A stretch of 46,570 bases of DNA, taken from the IMG/VR virus record IMGVR_UViG_3300049139_000140, positions 1 through 46,570 of that record; one strand, written 5' to 3'. The notes under the pieces are model-generated. The model was not told where the DNA came from, searched no databases, and saw only the letters and a list, made by a program, of their open reading frames with translations. Shown here in pieces: positions 43,637 to 46,570 of this stretch; the stretch's first letter is position 1; each line of letters opens with the position of its first letter. The position numbers and the translations under genes are program-made. Source of the stretch: a virus (lineage: Duplodnaviria > Caudoviricetes).

Positions 43637-44398
43637 ATGGCAGGACTCCACGAAGAAGAGAGCGTCTGGCCCGTACAGGACCAGATCGCCTCGTACCTCA
43701 GAGACGGCATCCTCAACGGGGACTTCCCCCCAGGGAAAAAGCTGCCATCCAGCCGCGACCTGACCGAGATGTTCGGCGCAGCCGCGCAGACGATCCGCAA
43801 TGCGATCAACATGCTGGAGAAGGAGGGTCTGGCCTACACGCGCCAAGGCTCTGGAGTCTTCGCTCGACAGCATCGACAGCGGAAAATGACGCCTGCGAGC
43901 TACAAGAACCCGCCGACCGACGGCGGTAAGTACCAGTGGCTCACGGCAGCCGAGCAGAAGGGCATGGTCGGCCGAGTGGAGCTGCTTGGCGTAGAAGAGG
44001 GCAAGCCGCCAGCTGCCGTGCGTGAAGTGTTTGGGCTACCCGAGGAGGGTCATGCCATGTTGCGTCGGCAGGTCCTCTACCTGGACGACCAGCCGTGCGA
44101 ATTGGTGGAGGTCTACTTCCCGCTGGACCTCGCTCGCGGGACGGCGATCGCCGAGAACCGAAAGATCAAGGGTGGAGCCGGCCGCGTCCTGCAAGAGGCC
44201 GGCCTTCCGCCACTGCGCTGCGTTGACAAAGTCGCCGCCCGGTGGCCGACTCCCGAGCAGGCCCGGGTGCTTCAGATGCCGACGAAGCTTCCTGTGCTGC
44301 GCCAGTTCCGGGTGACCTACAGCGTCGATGATCGCCCGATCCAGGTGGAGATCATGGCGAAGGCGGGCCATCTCTACGAGCTGGAGTACGAGTTCTGA
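43637..44398 (+). CDS. GntR/HutC-family repressor (KorSA/TraR-like)
   Basis: QIASYLRDGILNGDFPPGKKLPSSRDL...TIRNAINMLEKEGL...GSGVF plus UTRA domain; divergent from transfer operon. Confidence 0.9.
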   Translation: MAGLHEEESVWPVQDQIASYLRDGILNGDFPPGKKLPSSRDLTEMFGAAAQTIRNAINMLEKEGLAYTRQGSGVFARQHRQRKMTPASYKNPPTDGGKYQWLTAAEQKGMVGRVELLGVEEGKPPAAVREVFGLPEEGHAMLRRQVLYLDDQPCELVEVYFPLDLARGTAIAENRKIKGGAGRVLQEAGLPPLRCVDKVAARWPTPEQARVLQMPTKLPVLRQFRVTYSVDDRPIQVEIMAKAGHLYELEYEF

Positions 44399-44411
44399 TC
44401 CCGCCCTGACC

Positions 44412-44439
44412 AGCCCCGACGTCGCAGCGTCGGGGCTTT
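44412..44439 (+). terminator. Rho-independent terminator
   Basis: AGCCCCGACG / CGTCGGGGCT stem followed by TT, right after the GntR stop. Confidence 0.7.
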
Positions 44440-44465
44440 GTTGTATCTGCGGGCAAACGAGAGGC

Positions 44466-44494
44466 TTGCAACTCCTCAACGATCCTCTTACAGT
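44466..44494 (+). promoter_or_regulatory. Predicted sigma70/HrdB-type promoter for GIY-YIG gene
   Basis: TTGCAA-N17-TACAGT with ACTCCTCAAC overlapping the -35/spacer. Confidence 0.55.
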
Positions 44495-44538
44495 CGCTTG
44501 CGAGAGTGGCCGACGCCACACGCTCAGTTAGGAGCGGC

Positions 44539-45030
44539 ATGCCTGTGCCCACCGAGCGCACCGCGCTCCACCGTCTCTACAGCACCACCGAGGAACAGGG
44601 ACTCCCGACCTTCCTTGATGATCTGTATCCGAAGTTCCTCTCCGTCTACCACTACTTGGGCGCTGCGGACAGCTGCCCCAACGGTGGCCCCGGGATCACC
44701 TACGGCATGTGGGACTTCGAGTGCGACGGAGGGACCAGCCTGGTGCGCGCCATCGAGTGGGGCGTCCCTGCAACTCCGATCCCCACCGCGCTGTACCGAC
44801 TGTTCGACGCGGCAGGATCCCTGCTCTACATCGGCGTCAGCGTGTCGCCCGAGCAACGCTGGCTGCATCACGCCGAGCACAAGACCTGGTGGCCGGAGGT
44901 CGCGCGGATCGAGTTCGCCTGGCACGGAACCCGTGACGAAGCGCTCACGTGCGAGATGGAGTCCATACGCGCCGAGAAGCCGCGCTACAACGTCCAGCAC
45001 AACGGCCACCGCACCGTCAGCGCCCCCTGA
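44539..45030 (+). CDS. GIY-YIG nuclease-domain protein
   Basis: TALYRLFDAAGSLLYIGVS..PEQRW..H...E..SIRAEKPRYN; AGGAG RBS. Confidence 0.8.
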   Translation: MPVPTERTALHRLYSTTEEQGLPTFLDDLYPKFLSVYHYLGAADSCPNGGPGITYGMWDFECDGGTSLVRAIEWGVPATPIPTALYRLFDAAGSLLYIGVSVSPEQRWLHHAEHKTWWPEVARIEFAWHGTRDEALTCEMESIRAEKPRYNVQHNGHRTVSAP

Positions 45031-45129
45031 GAACGCGAACGGCCGGGCGTGTCACCGCCCGGCCTGTTCATCCACAGCGAGTTCCCGCTCGCTGCATCAA
45101 CCCATCCCGATCAGAGAATGAGGTCTGTC

Positions 45130-45447
45130 ATGACTGTAGCGCAGGGCTGTGCGCTTCCCCAGCGGAAGGTGCCTGCGACGCCGGTCACCCCGACCGCTGA
45201 CCGTCTCCTCGACGCCCCGCTCCCCCAGCTGCTGGCCGCGCACGGCGTTGAGCTGGTCGACTCCAGCATCACGGACGCCACGTTCTTCGGCGCGTTCGTG
45301 GAGCGCCGTGACGGTTCGCGGGTCCTGTCGATGCCCGCCGGCCGGTCCGCGTTCGAACGCGACACGGCGGCCCGGATGTTGCTGGCGGAGGGCCTTGGCC
45401 TGGACGCTCCGCCGGTGCCGGCTCCGTTGGCGGTGTCGCGCGCCTGA
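45130..45447 (+). CDS. Hypothetical protein, possibly degenerate ImmA/IrrE-like fold lacking HExxH
   Basis: LLAAHGVELVD...FFGAFV...LSMPAGRSAFERDTAARMLL. Confidence 0.55.
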   Translation: MTVAQGCALPQRKVPATPVTPTADRLLDAPLPQLLAAHGVELVDSSITDATFFGAFVERRDGSRVLSMPAGRSAFERDTAARMLLAEGLGLDAPPVPAPLAVSRA

Positions 45448-45457
45448 TCGCACGAAG

Positions 45458-45493
45458 GAACACCCCCGCGCCGAAGCCGGCGCGGGGGTGTTC
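45458..45493. terminator. Strong hairpin
   Basis: Perfect 16-bp inverted repeat GAACACCCCCGCGCCG / CGGCGCGGGGGTGTTC. Confidence 0.7.
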
Positions 45494-45585
45494 TGCGTGT
45501 GCGCCGCTTTTGCGCCCTTGTGCCGCCTTCGAGCGCCGTCGACCGTTGTGAAGGTCGATTGACGGTGCACTGACAGGGGGTTGAT

Positions 45586-45831
45586 GTGCGACGCAAGTTG
45601 GACGACGTGCTGGGTCGGTTGCTGCTCACGGTGGCGGGGGTGCTGCATAGGGGGATCGCGAGTAAGCAGGCGGTGAAGGGCTGGAAGCTGCGCCGGAATG
45701 AGGTGTTGCGGGCGGCGTACCGGCGGGGCGTGCCGGTGGAGGTGCTGGCGTCGCGGTTGGGGTTGACGCAGTCGTGGGTGCGGTACGTGATCAAGAATCC
45801 GAAGAAGGCGGCCCTTGAGGAAGCGGCGTAG
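45586..45831 (+). CDS. Small HTH-type protein
   Basis: RNEVLRAAYRRGVPVEVLASRLGLTQSWVRYVI. Confidence 0.6.
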   Translation: MRRKLDDVLGRLLLTVAGVLHRGIASKQAVKGWKLRRNEVLRAAYRRGVPVEVLASRLGLTQSWVRYVIKNPKKAALEEAA

Positions 45832-45843
45832 GCGGGCATGCGT

Positions 45844-45875
45844 GAAGCCCCCGGCTGCCTCTGGCCGGGGGCTTC
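45844..45875. terminator. Bidirectional hairpin between convergent genes
   Basis: GAAGCCCCCGGC / GCCGGGGGCTTC 12-bp inverted repeat. Confidence 0.65.
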
Positions 45876-45992
45876 GTCATTCCCACCGCTGCGCCCGTCT
45901 CCATCGCCGTCGTTTCCGCCACCGCCCCACGGCGAACCCGGCGTTGGCGGCGAGTCCCACAGCGATGGTGGCGGCGGCGAGGAGGAGGCCGG

Positions 45993-46322
45993 TCACGTCT
46001 CCCCGTTCCACTGTCGGGTGGCCCAGTGGGCGCGGTCGTCGGCGGCGCAGTCGCGGACGGATGGGCCAGCGTCGTGGCCCGGCTGGTCGAGGTCGAGTTC
46101 GTCGAAGCTGATGACGTGCCGGCGCAGTGCGATGACGACGGCGTGGGTGCGGGAGCGGGCGCCCAACCGGACTTGCGCTTCCTTCAGGCGCAGGTGGACG
46201 GCCTGCTCGGTCGTGTCGAGGCGGGCGGCGACCTGGCGGCTGGTGTAGCCGGACGCGGCCAGGCGGAGGGCGGCCAGCTGGCCGTCGCTGAGGGGCTTGC
46301 CCTGGTAGCCGGCGCTCCTCAC
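45993..46322 (-). CDS. LuxR C-terminal HTH transcriptional regulator
   Basis: LSDGQLAALRLAASGYTSRQVAARLDTTEQAVHLRL....RLGARSRTHAVVIALRR. Confidence 0.85.
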   Translation of the reverse strand: MRSAGYQGKPLSDGQLAALRLAASGYTSRQVAARLDTTEQAVHLRLKEAQVRLGARSRTHAVVIALRRHVISFDELDLDQPGHDAGPSVRDCAADDRAHWATRQWNGET

Positions 46323-46501
46323 GGCCGGCTCCCGGGTCCGGGGCGTGGGACGCGTCCGCCGGCGTCGAGGAGCCCGTCGGCCTGGGCGAGGAGTCGGAGT
46401 GCGCGGCGGAGGACGGATCGGAGTGGTTCGCGGCGGCGGGCGTAGGCGGCGAGGATTTGGGCGCTGCCGTCGTCGGGCAGCCAGTTGATCGGTCGGGTCA
46501 T
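46319..46501 (-). CDS. Small hypothetical protein
   Basis: 60-aa ORF with ATGA/GTGA coupling; an upstream partial ORF (...RCGHRHHPEATICRFTGIPRDWT) runs off the right edge. Confidence 0.5.
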   Translation of the reverse strand: MTRPINWLPDDGSAQILAAYARRREPLRSVLRRALRLLAQADGLLDAGGRVPRPGPGSRP

Positions 46502-46570
46502 GTCCAGTCCCGTGGGATTCCGGTGAAGCGGCAGATGGTGGCTTCGGGGTGGTGGCGGTGGCCGCAGCGG

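Larger units (their letters stand above)
33428..44398. mobile_element. Actinomycete TraB-type conjugation (AICE/plasmid-like) module embedded next to the phage late region
   Basis: TraB, candidate clt, Spd-like membrane proteins, RapZ-C-like protein, excisionase-like HTH and divergent GntR regulator; no Rep or integrase inside the module. Confidence 0.8.
1..46570. mobile_element. Actinobacterial (Streptomyces-like) siphovirus-type prophage or phage-plasmid; extends beyond both window edges
   Basis: Complete, colinear head-tail-lysis gene set on the minus strand, phage-type small ORFs at both ends, recombinase at the left edge, no host housekeeping genes; att sites not seen. Confidence 0.9.

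Noticed and set aside
33428-44398. Complete autonomous AICE
   Set aside because: No integrase, RepSA/prim-pol replicator, tRNA target or att repeats recognised in or flanking the module; cannot be excluded beyond the right edge
1-46570. tRNA, rRNA or known ncRNA genes
   Set aside because: No cloverleaf or rRNA-like sequence recognised by eye; a tRNAscan/Infernal run would be needed to exclude them formally

Overview
High-GC, Streptomyces-like DNA that appears to be phage or mobile-element sequence from end to end; no host housekeeping gene, RNA gene or CRISPR array was seen. The minus strand carries a complete siphovirus-type late region (about 2.8-32.3 kb): small and large terminase, portal, MuF-like protein, scaffold, HK97-type capsid, head-tail connectors, major tail protein, a tail chaperone with a -1 frameshift, tape measure, minor tail proteins, amidase endolysin and holin-like genes. 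Two accessory modules stand out. (1) A plus-strand glycosylation operon (6.7-12.1 kb: two NDP-sugar epimerase/dehydratases with atypical active sites and three glycosyltransferases) sits antisense between the tail and lysis genes. It shares a 17-bp pseudo-palindromic motif with the regions upstream of the terminase, portal and endolysin genes. (2) An actinomycete conjugation module (33.4-44.4 kb: TraB FtsK/SpoIIIE translocase, candidate clt, Spd-like membrane proteins, RapZ-C-like protein, excisionase-like HTH, divergent UTRA-only plus GntR/Kor-like regulators) lies just upstream of the terminase with no integrase or Rep of its own in view. The left edge cuts through a tyrosine recombinase that the ORF track missed. 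Best reading: a temperate phage or phage-plasmid that can spread both as a possibly glycosylated virion and by TraB-mediated conjugation. All family calls come from motif recognition by eye; no database searches were run.
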